Source of the DNA: an uncultured Clostridia bacterium
GTDB lineage: Bacteria; Bacillota; Clostridia; UBA1381
Direction of reading: 5' to 3'
DNA length: 64,000 nucleotides
NCBI GenBank assembly: GCA_947631235.1
Contig: CANRKO010000003.1
Coordinates: 5,193-69,192 of the forward strand
The translations under genes and the position numbers were made by a program. Numbering within the stretch: position 1 is the stretch's first letter; each line of letters begins with the position of its first letter. The notes under the pieces are model-generated. The model searched no databases. It saw nothing but the letters and a program-made list of their open reading frames with translations, and was not told where the DNA came from. Below are positions 1-8,985 of the stretch, piece by piece.

Positions 1-1179
1 GCCCGTAAGCAGCGTCATATCGTAAAGCGCGCGGTTTTTGAGGTTCACGCGCGAACCCGCCTCGTCTATAACGTCTATCGCCTTGTCGGGCAGGAAACGG
101 TCGGTGATGTAACGCTCCGACAGCCGTACCGCCTGCTCTATCGTATCGTCCGATATTTTTACCTTGTGGTACTTCTCGTAGTAGTCCTTAATGCCCGAGA
201 GAATCTCTATACTTTCCGCTATAGACGGCTCGTCGATTATGACCGGCTGGAAACGGCGTTCGAGCGCGCTGTCCTTTTCTATATGCTTGCGGTATTCGGT
301 AAGCGTCGTCGCGCCTATTACCTGTATTTCACCGCGGGCAAGGGCGGGCTTTAATATGTTCGCCGCGCTCATCGCGCCCTCCGCGTCGCCGGCCGCGACA
401 ATGTTGTGTATCTCGTCTATTACGAGTATCACGTTGCCCCTCTCGGCAGCCTCGTTTAAGACGCCTTTAAGACGTGCCTCAAACTGACCTCTAAACTGCG
501 TTCCCGCGACGAGAGCCGTGAAGTCGAGCAGGTATAGCTGGTAGCCAAAAAGCTTGGGCGGAACGGTATGCTCGAATATTCTGCACGCCAGACCCTCCGC
601 GACAGCCGTCTTGCCCACGCCCGGCTCGCCGAGAAGTACGGGGTTGTTTTTTGAGCGTCGGTTCAAAATCTGAATGACGCGCTCGATTTCATCTTGGCGG
701 TTCACCACTCTGTCGACCTTGCCCTCGGCGGCTTTCTCGGTGAGGTTTGTGCCGTAGGTGTCGAGCAGCGTTTTCTTCTGCTTTTTCTTTTGTTTCTTTT
801 CCTTCGCGCCGCTTGACTTACCGCCGTTCGGGGCGGAGGAGGGCATATTGTCGAAAAAGTCCTTGAACATGCTCAAAGGAGTTGTCGCCGCGCCGCCCTC
901 GTCGTCGCCGCCGGACGAGAACTGCTCCATAATGGACATCGGGTCGCCGCCCTCGCCGTCCAAATCTTCGAGACTTTCCATGAACTCCGACATCTGACTG
1001 TTCAGATTGTCAAGTTCCTCATCCGTCACGGCGAACTTGTCTATCATATTGTTAAGCGGCGTTATACCGAGACCTCTCGCGCACGAAAGACAAAGACCCT
1101 CGGTCTTTGAACTGTTGCCGTCCATCTTGGTTATATAAAACACCGCCGGATTTTTATTGCACTTTACACATAAATTCAT
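1..1179 (-). CDS. ATP-dependent Clp protease ATP-binding subunit (ClpE/ClpC-like, N-terminal Zn finger); 5' part only, runs off the window edge
   Basis: Manual minus-strand translation from ATG at 1179: MNLCVKC..CLSC Zn finger, [14 protein letters not shown] Walker A, LVIDEIH Walker [25 protein letters not shown]. Confidence 0.9.
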   Translation of the reverse strand, partial: MNLCVKCNKNPAVFYITKMDGNSSKTEGLCLSCARGLGITPLNNMIDKFAVTDEELDNLNSQMSEFMESLEDLDGEGGDPMSIMEQFSSGGDDEGGAATTPLSMFKDFFDNMPSSAPNGGKSSGAKEKKQKKKQKKTLLDTYGTNLTEKAAEGKVDRVVNRQDEIERVIQILNRRSKNNPVLLGEPGVGKTAVAEGLACRIFEHTVPPKLFGYQLYLLDFTALVAGTQFRGQFEARLKGVLNEAAERGNVILVIDEIHNIVAAGDAEGAMSAANILKPALARGEIQVIGATTLTEYRKHIEKDSALERRFQPVIIDEPSIAESIEILSGIKDYYEKYHKVKISDDTIEQAVRLSERYITDRFLPDKAIDVIDEAGSRVNLKNRALYDMTLLTG

Positions 1180-1383
1180 TTGAGTACCCTTTCCGTGAGA
1201 TAAACGCAGTTTATCAATATGAAAACAATTATACCACAACTTCTGAAAATTTCAAACCCTTTTTCCGTATATTTACAAACTGTTCATTTTTTACGCGTAT
1301 TATTTCAAAAATTTGCGGTAATATTTGGGAAAATACGCGCATATAATGTTGTAAGCACACTTTTACGAAAGGATAAATGACAA

Positions 1384-1542
1384 ATGATTACACAATTCGA
1401 CAAAAACAGCGCGCACATGGCAGCCGCTTTTTACCGCTCGGCGCGCAGGGAGAAAAGGCTGCGCAGCGCTTTAACGGCGTTTTTCATCGTTCTTGCCGCC
1501 GTTTTCACGGTTCTGTGCGTGCTTTTGTGCCGTTCCGTTTAA
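1384..1542 (+). CDS. Small hypothetical membrane protein (52 aa)
   Basis: Not in the ORF track. MITQFDKNSAHMAAAFYRSARREKRLRSALTAFFIVLAAVFTVLCVLLCRSV; AAAGGA about 10 nt upstream; basic stretch followed by one TM helix. Confidence 0.5.
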   Translation: MITQFDKNSAHMAAAFYRSARREKRLRSALTAFFIVLAAVFTVLCVLLCRSV

Positions 1543-1696
1543 GGCGCGCACCGTCTCCGAAATCAAAAGCCGTATTGACTTAATTCCCAATATGTGATAT
1601 TATGTATAATAATTGTTACCCAAACGGATTTGCTCCGTTCGGCGCGTATTTATGCGCGTTCGGAACGCGTTTCGGGGAAGGATTACAGAGGGGAAT

Positions 1697-2971
1697 ATGA
1701 TGGCTGCAGTCAGAATGATAAATATGATTTTGGGTACGATGTTTCTGTTATTTTACTCATATCAGATTTTTTATATATGCGTACCGTTTATAAAAAAAGA
1801 CAAGCCCCACAAGGAAAGCAAACTCCATAAATACGCGGTGCTGATTTCCGCGAGGAACGAGGAAAACGTCATAGCAAATCTTGTAAATTCCATACATCAT
1901 CAGGACTATCCCGCCGAGCTTGTCGATATATACGTTATAGCCGATAACTGCACGGACAACACAGCCGACCGCGCCGTAAAGGCGGGAGCGAATGTTTTTG
2001 TGCGCGAAAATCTTGAGCTTGTCGGCAAGGGCTACGCTCTCGATTACGCCATATCAAGGATTTTTAACGAAAAGGGCGATGATTTTTACGACGGTTTTTT
2101 TGTGTTCGACGCGGACAATATACTCGACACCGGCTACATTACGGCGATGAACCGCACGTTTTCCGACGGACACAGAATCGTCACAAGCTACCGCAACTCC
2201 ACAAACTACGGCACGAACTGGATAACGTCGGGCTACGCGCTGTGGTACATAAGAGAGTCGCAGTACGTGAACCATTCGCGTATGCTCTTGGGCAGCGGCT
2301 GCGCCATAAACGGCACGGGCTTTCTCGTAAGCGGCGAGGTGCTTAAAAAGTCGGGCGGCTGGAAGTATCATCTTCTTACGGAGGATATAGAGTTTTCGAT
2401 TGCGAAGGCGATAGAGGGCGAGAGGATAGCGTTTTGCCCCGACGCGTTCGTGTACGACGAGCAGCCCCGCACGTTCAGGCAGTCGTGGAAACAGCGTTTA
2501 AGATGGGCGCGCGGGTTTTTGCAGGTGTTTTGCCATTACGGTCTCGATTTGTTTAAGGGTATATTTTCAAAAAACGGCTGGACGTGTTACGACATGCTTA
2601 TAACCGTTCTGCCGATAAACGTCATAACGCTCGCGATAGCCGTGATGAATGTGATAACGTTTTCGGTTCAAATCGTGAACGGAGCGATGGCGTGGTGGGA
2701 GCCGCTGTGGTCGGTCGGACAGTGGTGCGGACGAATGTACGCGATGCTGTTTATAATGGGACTCGTCGCGGCTGTTACGGAGTCTAAAAGAATACACACG
2801 AGCACGGCAAAGCGGATGAAGTACCTGTTCACGTTCCCGCTGTTCCAGTTTACTTACGTACCTATTTCAATACTGGCGATATTTAAAAAAGTCCGCTGGG
2901 AACCCACGCCGCATCAAGGCCCGCCCGTAAGTTCCGAAAAGATTGAAAAAACACGCGAACACACGGAATGA
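1697..2971 (+). CDS. Family 2 glycosyltransferase (processive, membrane-bound)
   Basis: ARNEE, DNCTD, FDADN (DxD), TED and QRLRW (QxxRW) motifs; terminal TM helices; start placed after GAGGGGA. Confidence 0.88.
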   Translation: MMAAVRMINMILGTMFLLFYSYQIFYICVPFIKKDKPHKESKLHKYAVLISARNEENVIANLVNSIHHQDYPAELVDIYVIADNCTDNTADRAVKAGANVFVRENLELVGKGYALDYAISRIFNEKGDDFYDGFFVFDADNILDTGYITAMNRTFSDGHRIVTSYRNSTNYGTNWITSGYALWYIRESQYVNHSRMLLGSGCAINGTGFLVSGEVLKKSGGWKYHLLTEDIEFSIAKAIEGERIAFCPDAFVYDEQPRTFRQSWKQRLRWARGFLQVFCHYGLDLFKGIFSKNGWTCYDMLITVLPINVITLAIAVMNVITFSVQIVNGAMAWWEPLWSVGQWCGRMYAMLFIMGLVAAVTESKRIHTSTAKRMKYLFTFPLFQFTYVPISILAIFKKVRWEPTPHQGPPVSSEKIEKTREHTE

Positions 2972-3048
2972 TACAGACCCCCACTCCGAGGGGGTCATAT
3001 TTTTTGCCCAAAATTTCAATTCCCCGCACATCTAATCACGGCTTTATA

Positions 3049-3077
3049 TTGACAACCGTGCGGAATTTTGATACTAT
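3049..3077 (+). promoter_or_regulatory. sigmaA promoter of purE
   Basis: TTGACA-17 nt-TACTAT with TG extension. Confidence 0.65.
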
Positions 3078-3107
3078 AAACATAACAAAAAACGGAGGTA
3101 ATGACAT

Positions 3108-3608
3108 ATGGCAAAACCAAAAGCGGCGTTAATCATGGGTTCAGACTCGGACTTTGAAAAACTCAAGGGCTGCGTATCGAAATTAAAGGAATTTGACATT
3201 GAAATCGACGTAAACGTAATAAGCGCGCACCGCACGCCCGATAAGGCGGCTCAGTTCGCGAAGTCAGCGGAGCAAAACGGCATAGAGGTAATCATCTGCG
3301 CGGCGGGAATGGCGGCGCACCTCGCGGGAGTAATCGCGGCGCACACCGTTGTGCCGGTGATAGGCATACCGATAAAGTCCACGCTCGAAGGTCTCGACGC
3401 GCTTTTGGCGACGGTTCAGATGCCGCCGGGCATACCCGTTGCGACCGTCGGTCTTGACAACGGCACAAACGCGGCGATACTCGCGGCACAGATTTTGTCG
3501 CTCAAATACGACTACTTAAAAGACGCACTCAAAGCCGCGAAGGCAAAAATGGCTGACGGCGTGGCGGCAAAGGACGCGAAAATAAAGCAAGCAGTCGCAG
3601 AGATGTAA
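3108..3608 (+). CDS. purE: N5-CAIR mutase
   Basis: [31 protein letters not shown]. Confidence 0.97.
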   Translation: MAKPKAALIMGSDSDFEKLKGCVSKLKEFDIEIDVNVISAHRTPDKAAQFAKSAEQNGIEVIICAAGMAAHLAGVIAAHTVVPVIGIPIKSTLEGLDALLATVQMPPGIPVATVGLDNGTNAAILAAQILSLKYDYLKDALKAAKAKMADGVAAKDAKIKQAVAEM

Positions 3609-3629
3609 TTTTGGAGTTATGCGAAGAAA

Positions 3630-3772
3630 GCCTCCCTTGTCAAAGGGAGGGGGACCGCCGAAGGCGGTGGAGGGATTCATTATGAAAATAGGAAAAGAAT
3701 CCCCCAGTCAGCTTCGCTGACAGCCCCCTTTGACAAGGGGGCCTTACGTAGGGGCGACCTTCACGGTCGCCC
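3630..3772. repeat. Palindromic repeat cluster: family A plus GTAG-REP
   Basis: GCCTCCCTTGTCAAAGGGAGGGGGACCGCCGAAGGCGGTGGAGGGATT..AATCCCCCAGTCA..TGACAGCCCCCTTTGACAAGGGGGCC, then GTAGGGGCGACC..GGTCGCCC; recurs elsewhere in the window. Confidence 0.9.
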
Positions 3773-3818
3773 GCATTTACACCACTAAACCACAATTTGA
3801 AATAAAGGAGATAAAACT

Positions 3819-4856
3819 ATGAGTGAAAATGCGTACAAACAGGCGGGCGTGGACGTTGAGGCGGGCTACGAGTCCGTGAGACTTATAAAGGACGACGTAA
3901 AGCGCACCGCGATAGAGGGAGTTATCGGCGGTATCGGCGGTTTCGGCGGCTTGTTTGAAATGCCGAAAAATTACGAGAACCCCGTGCTCGTGTCGGGTAC
4001 GGACGGCGTGGGAACAAAGCTGCGCGTCGCGTTTCTGATGGACAAGCACGACACGATAGGTCAGGACTGTGTTGCGATGTGCGTGAACGACGTTGCCTGC
4101 TCGGGCGCGAAACCGCTGTTTTTTCTCGATTATCTGGCGGTTGGGAAGAACGTTCCCGAAAAAATCGTGCAGATTGTAAAGGGCGTGGCTGACGGCTGCG
4201 TAAAGGCCGGCTGCGCGCTCGTGGGCGGCGAGACAGCCGAGATGCCGGGATTTTATCCCGTTGACGAGTACGACCTCGCGGGATTTTCCGTTGGCGTGGT
4301 CGAGAAAAGCAAAATCACCGACGGCGCAAACGCCAAGGCGGGCGATAAGCTTATCGGCATAGCGTCAAGCGGTATTCACTCGAACGGCTACTCGCTCGTG
4401 AGAAAGCTGTTCGGACTTAACGACGCGGACGCGAAGGAAACGCTTAATACCTATTCGGACAAGCTCGGCAAAACGATAGGCGAGGAGCTTTTAACGCCGA
4501 CAAAAATTTACGTAAAGCCGCTTTTAAAGCTGATTGAGGAAGTCGGAATAAACACCGTGTCGCACATCACCGGCGGCGGCTTTATCGAAAACGTGCCGCG
4601 TATGCTCCCCGAGGGCTTGAAGGCGGTAATTCACAAGGGTACATGGAAGGTGCTGCCGATATTTGAGCTGATGCGGGAAAAGGGCAATATCCCCGAGCGC
4701 GATATGTATAATACGTTTAATATGGGTATCGGTATGATCGTCGCCGTTGACGCGGATAAGGCTGACGCGGCTGTGAAGTGCCTGACCGACGCGGGCGAAA
4801 CCGCGTATATTATAGGCGAACTTAACGAAGGCGAAACCGGCGTTGAAATTGTGTAA
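3819..4856 (+). CDS. purM: Phosphoribosylformylglycinamidine cyclo-ligase (AIR synthetase)
   Basis: [45 protein letters not shown]. Confidence 0.97.
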   Translation: MSENAYKQAGVDVEAGYESVRLIKDDVKRTAIEGVIGGIGGFGGLFEMPKNYENPVLVSGTDGVGTKLRVAFLMDKHDTIGQDCVAMCVNDVACSGAKPLFFLDYLAVGKNVPEKIVQIVKGVADGCVKAGCALVGGETAEMPGFYPVDEYDLAGFSVGVVEKSKITDGANAKAGDKLIGIASSGIHSNGYSLVRKLFGLNDADAKETLNTYSDKLGKTIGEELLTPTKIYVKPLLKLIEEVGINTVSHITGGGFIENVPRMLPEGLKAVIHKGTWKVLPIFELMREKGNIPERDMYNTFNMGIGMIVAVDADKADAAVKCLTDAGETAYIIGELNEGETGVEIV

Positions 4857-4861
4857 TGCGG

Positions 4862-4960
4862 AAACCCCTCAGTCACTTCGTGACAGCTCCCCTAGTAGGG
4901 GAGCCATACTGTAAGCCTCCCCTATTAGGGGAGGTGGCGCCGTAGGCGTCGGAGGGGTTT
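4862..4960. repeat. Palindromic repeat family B
   Basis: AAACCCCTCAGTCA..TGACAGCTCCCCTAGTAGGGGAGCC..GCCTCCCCTATTAGGGGAGGTGGCGCCGTAGGCGTCGGAGGGGTTT. Confidence 0.9.
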
Positions 4961-4975
4961 AACAAGGAGGACAAA

Positions 4976-5575
4976 ATGAAACGAATAGGAGTGTTAATTT
5001 CCGGCGGCGGCACAAACCTGCAAGCCTTGATTGACGCGCAGAAAAGCGGCATTTTAAAAAGCGGCGAAATAGTCTGCGTATGCTCAAACAGCGCATCCGC
5101 ATACGGCCTGACCCGCGCAGCGAACGCCGGAATACCGACAAAAATAATCCGCAAAAACGCCGACTGCGGCGGCGACATAGACGAGTTCAGCCGCCAAATC
5201 TGCGCGTACATGAAGGAAATGCGTGTTGACGTTGTGGTACTCGCGGGCTTTCTTGCAATTTTCGGCGGCGAGCTTTTAAAGGAATATTCGGGCAGAATAA
5301 TAAACATACACCCGTCGCTTATACCGTCGTTCTGCGGCGAGGGCATGTACGGACTAAAGCCACATAGGGCTGCGCTCGATTACGGCGTAAAGGTCACGGG
5401 CGCGACGGTACACCTCGTGAACGAGGTAGTTGACGGCGGAAAGATACTCATGCAAAAGGCGGTCGAGGTACAGGACGGCGACACGCCCGAAGTGCTGCAA
5501 AAGCGAGTAATGGAACAGGCGGAATGGATAATTCTGCCGCAGGCGGTGGAAAAATTCTGTGCGGAGAACGCATAA
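4976..5575 (+). CDS. purN: Phosphoribosylglycinamide formyltransferase
   Basis: ISGGGTNLQA, NIHPSL, GATVH, DGG. Confidence 0.96.
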   Translation: MKRIGVLISGGGTNLQALIDAQKSGILKSGEIVCVCSNSASAYGLTRAANAGIPTKIIRKNADCGGDIDEFSRQICAYMKEMRVDVVVLAGFLAIFGGELLKEYSGRIINIHPSLIPSFCGEGMYGLKPHRAALDYGVKVTGATVHLVNEVVDGGKILMQKAVEVQDGDTPEVLQKRVMEQAEWIILPQAVEKFCAENA

Positions 5576-5590
5576 CAAAATTGATACGAT

Positions 5591-6340
5591 ATGAAAGATT
5601 ACAGTATTCAAAACAAACGTGCGTGGGAATACAACGCTTATGAATTTTGGGTTGAGCATATTGGTACGCCTGCGGAACGGGCGAAGAAAATCAAGGAAAA
5701 TCCAATCAAACAGCTAAAGAGGTATTCGGCGTATTTTGATACATACAAGGGCGTTAAAATCGCGAACATATGCGGTTCGTGCGGCAAGAAAGCCGTTCCG
5801 CTCGCTTTGCTCGGCGCGGACGTGACGGTTTTTGATATTTCGGAGGACAACAAAAGGTACGCGTCCGAGCTTGCGGATGCCGCCGGAACGCATATAAATT
5901 ATGAGGTATGCGACGTTTTGGACATTGACGAAAAATATTACAATCGTTTCGACGTTGTTTTCATGGAGGGCGGAGTGCTGCACTATTTCCACGACATCAA
6001 TGAGTTTATGCGTATCATGTATCGCCTGCTCAAAGTCGGCGGGAAAATGGTATGCAGCGATTTTCATCCGTTTACAAAAATATCCGATATACTGAATTTG
6101 GAGCAGCCCGCTATGAGCTATTTTTCAACGGAAATCTTCGATGGAGAAATGGCGCACGCGCGGTTTTTTGATGATGAGATTCGCGAGAAAATGCCTAAAT
6201 GCAGCTACAGAAAATATACCGTCAGCGAGATAATTAATGCGGTCATAGCCGGCGGATTTGCCCTGCAAAGATTTGACGAACACCCCGCATGGACGAATGA
6301 AAATGTACCCGGCGAGTTTACCGTTGCAGCAGTTAAATAG
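5591..6340 (+). CDS. Class I SAM-dependent methyltransferase
   Basis: ANICGSCG motif I, VTVFDIS, FDVVFMEGGVLHYF, LLKVGG, DFHP. Confidence 0.8.
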   Translation: MKDYSIQNKRAWEYNAYEFWVEHIGTPAERAKKIKENPIKQLKRYSAYFDTYKGVKIANICGSCGKKAVPLALLGADVTVFDISEDNKRYASELADAAGTHINYEVCDVLDIDEKYYNRFDVVFMEGGVLHYFHDINEFMRIMYRLLKVGGKMVCSDFHPFTKISDILNLEQPAMSYFSTEIFDGEMAHARFFDDEIREKMPKCSYRKYTVSEIINAVIAGGFALQRFDEHPAWTNENVPGEFTVAAVK

Positions 6341-6383
6341 TAAGGAAGTGTTTACCGTGCGCGGTGGAAAAATTCTGAGCGAA

Positions 6384-6503
6384 ATGTCCAACAATGAAAC
6401 TTTAGCAGCAATCGAAGAAGTACGCGAATTGAAAAACGACCCAAAAGTAAAATCGTATGACAGCTTTGCCGAATTATTAGAGGAAGTAAGAAATGAAATA
6501 TAA
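6384..6503 (+). pseudogene. C-terminal remnant of a DinJ/RelB-type antitoxin
   Basis: NNETLAAIEE..KSYDSFAELLEEV resembles the DinJ C-terminus; the N-terminal DNA-binding part is absent; overlaps the toxin remnant start. Confidence 0.6.
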
Positions 6504-6584
6504 AATCATACCGTCGTCAAGATTACTGAGGACACTTTGATTTTATATTTGACAAGAACCGGCAGTCACAGTGATTTATTTTAA
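6493..6584 (+). pseudogene. Internally deleted YafQ/RelE-family toxin
   Basis: MKYKIIPSSR N-terminus joined out of frame to ITEDTLILYLTRTGSHSDLF*, the typical YafQ C-terminal RTGSHSDLF motif. Confidence 0.7.
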
Positions 6585-6624
6585 AAACCAACACGCAAAA
6601 CAAGCGGCATATTTGCCGCTTATT

Positions 6625-6861
6625 TTATTTGCATTTATGATTTTTCTTAAGCGGCGTCGGTTCGTCGGTGAGTCCCGCTATATAGTCAATCGTGACGTTA
6701 TACAGCTTTGCCAGACGTATTACGAGACAGAACGGTATCTCGCGGTAGCCCTGCTCGTAATTCGTGTAGGTCGTTTTGTGCATTTTAAGAATTTCAACAA
6801 GCTGCGACTGCGTCAAATCGCTGTCCTCACGCAAATCTCTGAGCCTCGGATAGTGTGCCAT
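6625..6861 (-). CDS. XRE-family helix-turn-helix regulator
   Basis: RLRDLREDSDLTQ..YEQGYREIP..LAKLYNVTIDYIAG; GGAGGG RBS. Confidence 0.9.
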   Translation of the reverse strand: MAHYPRLRDLREDSDLTQSQLVEILKMHKTTYTNYEQGYREIPFCLVIRLAKLYNVTIDYIAGLTDEPTPLKKNHKCK

Positions 6862-6894
6862 GCTGTTTCCCTCCGTAAAAAATAATATTCCCTA

Positions 6895-6953
6895 TTGACA
6901 TAATACATCATTTGTTGTACAATTATGCTATAAATACAACATATGTTGTATTT
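6895..6953 (+). promoter_or_regulatory. sigmaA promoter with palindromic operator(s)
   Basis: TTGACA(6895)-17-TACAAT(6918); perfect 22-bp palindrome AAATACAACATATGTTGTATTT at 6932-6953 and a degenerate copy at 6901-6920. Confidence 0.65.
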
Positions 6954-6966
6954 GAGGGAGGTCAAA

Positions 6967-7578
6967 ATGATAATAGGGAAAATGAAATTTTACAGAGTGT
7001 GGAAAGACAAATACTCATCATTCTGGAAGAAAAGACGGTTCAATAAAATAATGGGGCTTATTGAGCTGCCCGACAAGGAACGGATAAAGGTGCTTGAAGT
7101 AGGCTGTTCGAGCGGCAGGGATTTTATACAATTTCTGCCGCGTGACAAATTTGAAATATGGGGCGCGGACATAGACGCGGATTGCGGCGCGGGAGCGGAC
7201 ATACACTTTGTGACCGCCGACGCAGCCGACCTGCCGTTTGACGACGGCGAGTTTGATTTGGTTGTTTCAATCGGACTTTTGGAGCATATCGAACCCGTCG
7301 AAAAGCTGTGCCGCGTCATACGCGAAATGGAGCGTGTCGGGACGCATCAGCTTTCAGTCGTGCCGTCCGTCGCGACGCTGCTTGAACCGCACAGCGGCAA
7401 GGTATTTTTCCCACTCCGAGTGTGGCGCGAAATGATGTCGGAGCAGTCGTCTACACCGCTGCACCTAAACTTCTACACCGAACACACATGGACGAAATTC
7501 ACGGGCTTTAACGGCTGCGAAATAAAGCGATTTTTCTACATACCGCCGTTCATAACGAACACGGTGATATACAATTGA
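6967..7578 (+). CDS. Class I SAM-dependent methyltransferase
   Basis: VLEVGCSSG, WGADID, DAADLPFDDGEFDLVVSIGLLEH. Confidence 0.85.
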   Translation: MIIGKMKFYRVWKDKYSSFWKKRRFNKIMGLIELPDKERIKVLEVGCSSGRDFIQFLPRDKFEIWGADIDADCGAGADIHFVTADAADLPFDDGEFDLVVSIGLLEHIEPVEKLCRVIREMERVGTHQLSVVPSVATLLEPHSGKVFFPLRVWREMMSEQSSTPLHLNFYTEHTWTKFTGFNGCEIKRFFYIPPFITNTVIYN

Positions 7579-7583
7579 ACCAC

Positions 7584-7608
7584 AAAAGCGGAGCGATCCG
7601 CTTTTTTT
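7584..7608 (+). terminator. Rho-independent terminator
   Basis: AAAAGCGGA-gcga-TCCGCTTTTTTT. Confidence 0.7.
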
Positions 7609-7705
7609 ATGTAAAAATATTTTAAAAACAGGCTGACAAACAGTAAAATAAATGATATAATGGTAAAAACGACAATAAAAACGGCGGTGAACAAGGAGGA
7701 AACAC

Positions 7706-8419
7706 ATGAAAACACTTAACATCTACGAGGAATTAAAGCAAAACGCGTACCCGGGACGCGGAATTGTTATCGGCAAGTCGGCTGACGGAAAGTCGGCGGT
7801 GACGGCGTATTTTATCATGGGACGCTCGGAAAACAGCCGCAACCGCGTGTTCGTCGAGGACGGCGACGGAATACGTACGCAGGCGTTCGACCCGTCGAAA
7901 ATGAAGGATCCGCACCTCATTATTTACGCGCCTGTGCGTGTTCTCGGCAACAAAACAATCGTGACGAACGGCGACCAGACCGACACGATTTACGAGCTTA
8001 TGAACCAGCAAATGACGTTCGAGCAGTCGCTGCGCGGACGCGAGTTCGAGGACGACGCGCCCAATTACACGCCGAGAATTTCCGGCATAATCAAGGTTGA
8101 CGACGGACGCTTCAACTACGCGATGTCAATCTTAAAGAGCGAGAACGGCAACCCCGAATCGTGCCTGCGCTACACCTATTCGTACAAGAACCCGATAGGC
8201 GGCGAGGGCAGGTTCATCCACACCTACATGGGCGACGGCAGCCCGCTCCCCTCGTTCGAGGGCGAGCCGAAAAAAGTCGCGGTACCGAGCGATATCGACG
8301 AGTTCACAAACGGTCTGTGGGACGCATTGAACGAGGACAATAAGGTGTCGCTGTTCGTGAGATTTATCAATCTCGAAACGGGCGAGGTTCAATCGCGGAT
8401 TGTGAATAAGAATAAGTAA
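7706..8419 (+). CDS. IMP cyclohydrolase (archaeal PurO-like)
   Basis: YPGRGI, YFIMGRSENSRNR, VTNGDQTD, FEDDAPNYTPRISG; located in the pur cluster. Confidence 0.88.
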   Translation: MKTLNIYEELKQNAYPGRGIVIGKSADGKSAVTAYFIMGRSENSRNRVFVEDGDGIRTQAFDPSKMKDPHLIIYAPVRVLGNKTIVTNGDQTDTIYELMNQQMTFEQSLRGREFEDDAPNYTPRISGIIKVDDGRFNYAMSILKSENGNPESCLRYTYSYKNPIGGEGRFIHTYMGDGSPLPSFEGEPKKVAVPSDIDEFTNGLWDALNEDNKVSLFVRFINLETGEVQSRIVNKNK

Positions 8420-8427
8420 TTTGGGAA

Positions 8428-8967
8428 ATGAGCGATTTATCTGAAAGAAAAAAGATACGATTGGACGAATACGATTATTCCGCCGCCGGTGCGTATTTTG
8501 TGACAATATGTACAAAGAACAGACAATGTATATTGAGCGAGGTCGTAGGGGGCGGCGCCCTCGACGCCCCGCGTGTCGAATTAACATCGTATGGCAAAAT
8601 TTTGGATGATGAAATTCAAAAATCAATGCATATTTATCAACATATTCAAATTGATAAATATGTCATTATGCCAAATCATATTCATATGATAATAAACATT
8701 TTATATGACCCAAACGGGACGTCGAGGGCGCCGTCCCATACGAATGGGATAGACGGGACGTCGAGGGCGCCGTCCCGTACGAATGAAACGATCCCCGCAT
8801 TTGTTTCGATGTTAAAACGGTTTACCAACAAACAATGCGGCGAAAAAATATGGCACAGGTCGTATTACGACCACGTAATCCGTACCCAACACGATTACGC
8901 GCAAATATGGCAATACGTTGACGAGAACCCGTCCAAATGGGAATCGGACGAATACTACGAACAATAA
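8428..8967 (+). mobile_element. REP-associated tyrosine (HUH/Y1) transposase, RAYT-like, with three in-frame REP units
   Basis: RL..YDYS..GAYFVTICT, MPNHIH (HUH), WHRSYYDHVIR, YVDENP; AT-rich core. Confidence 0.88.
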
Positions 8968-8985
8968 AAGAAAGGAACATATATT

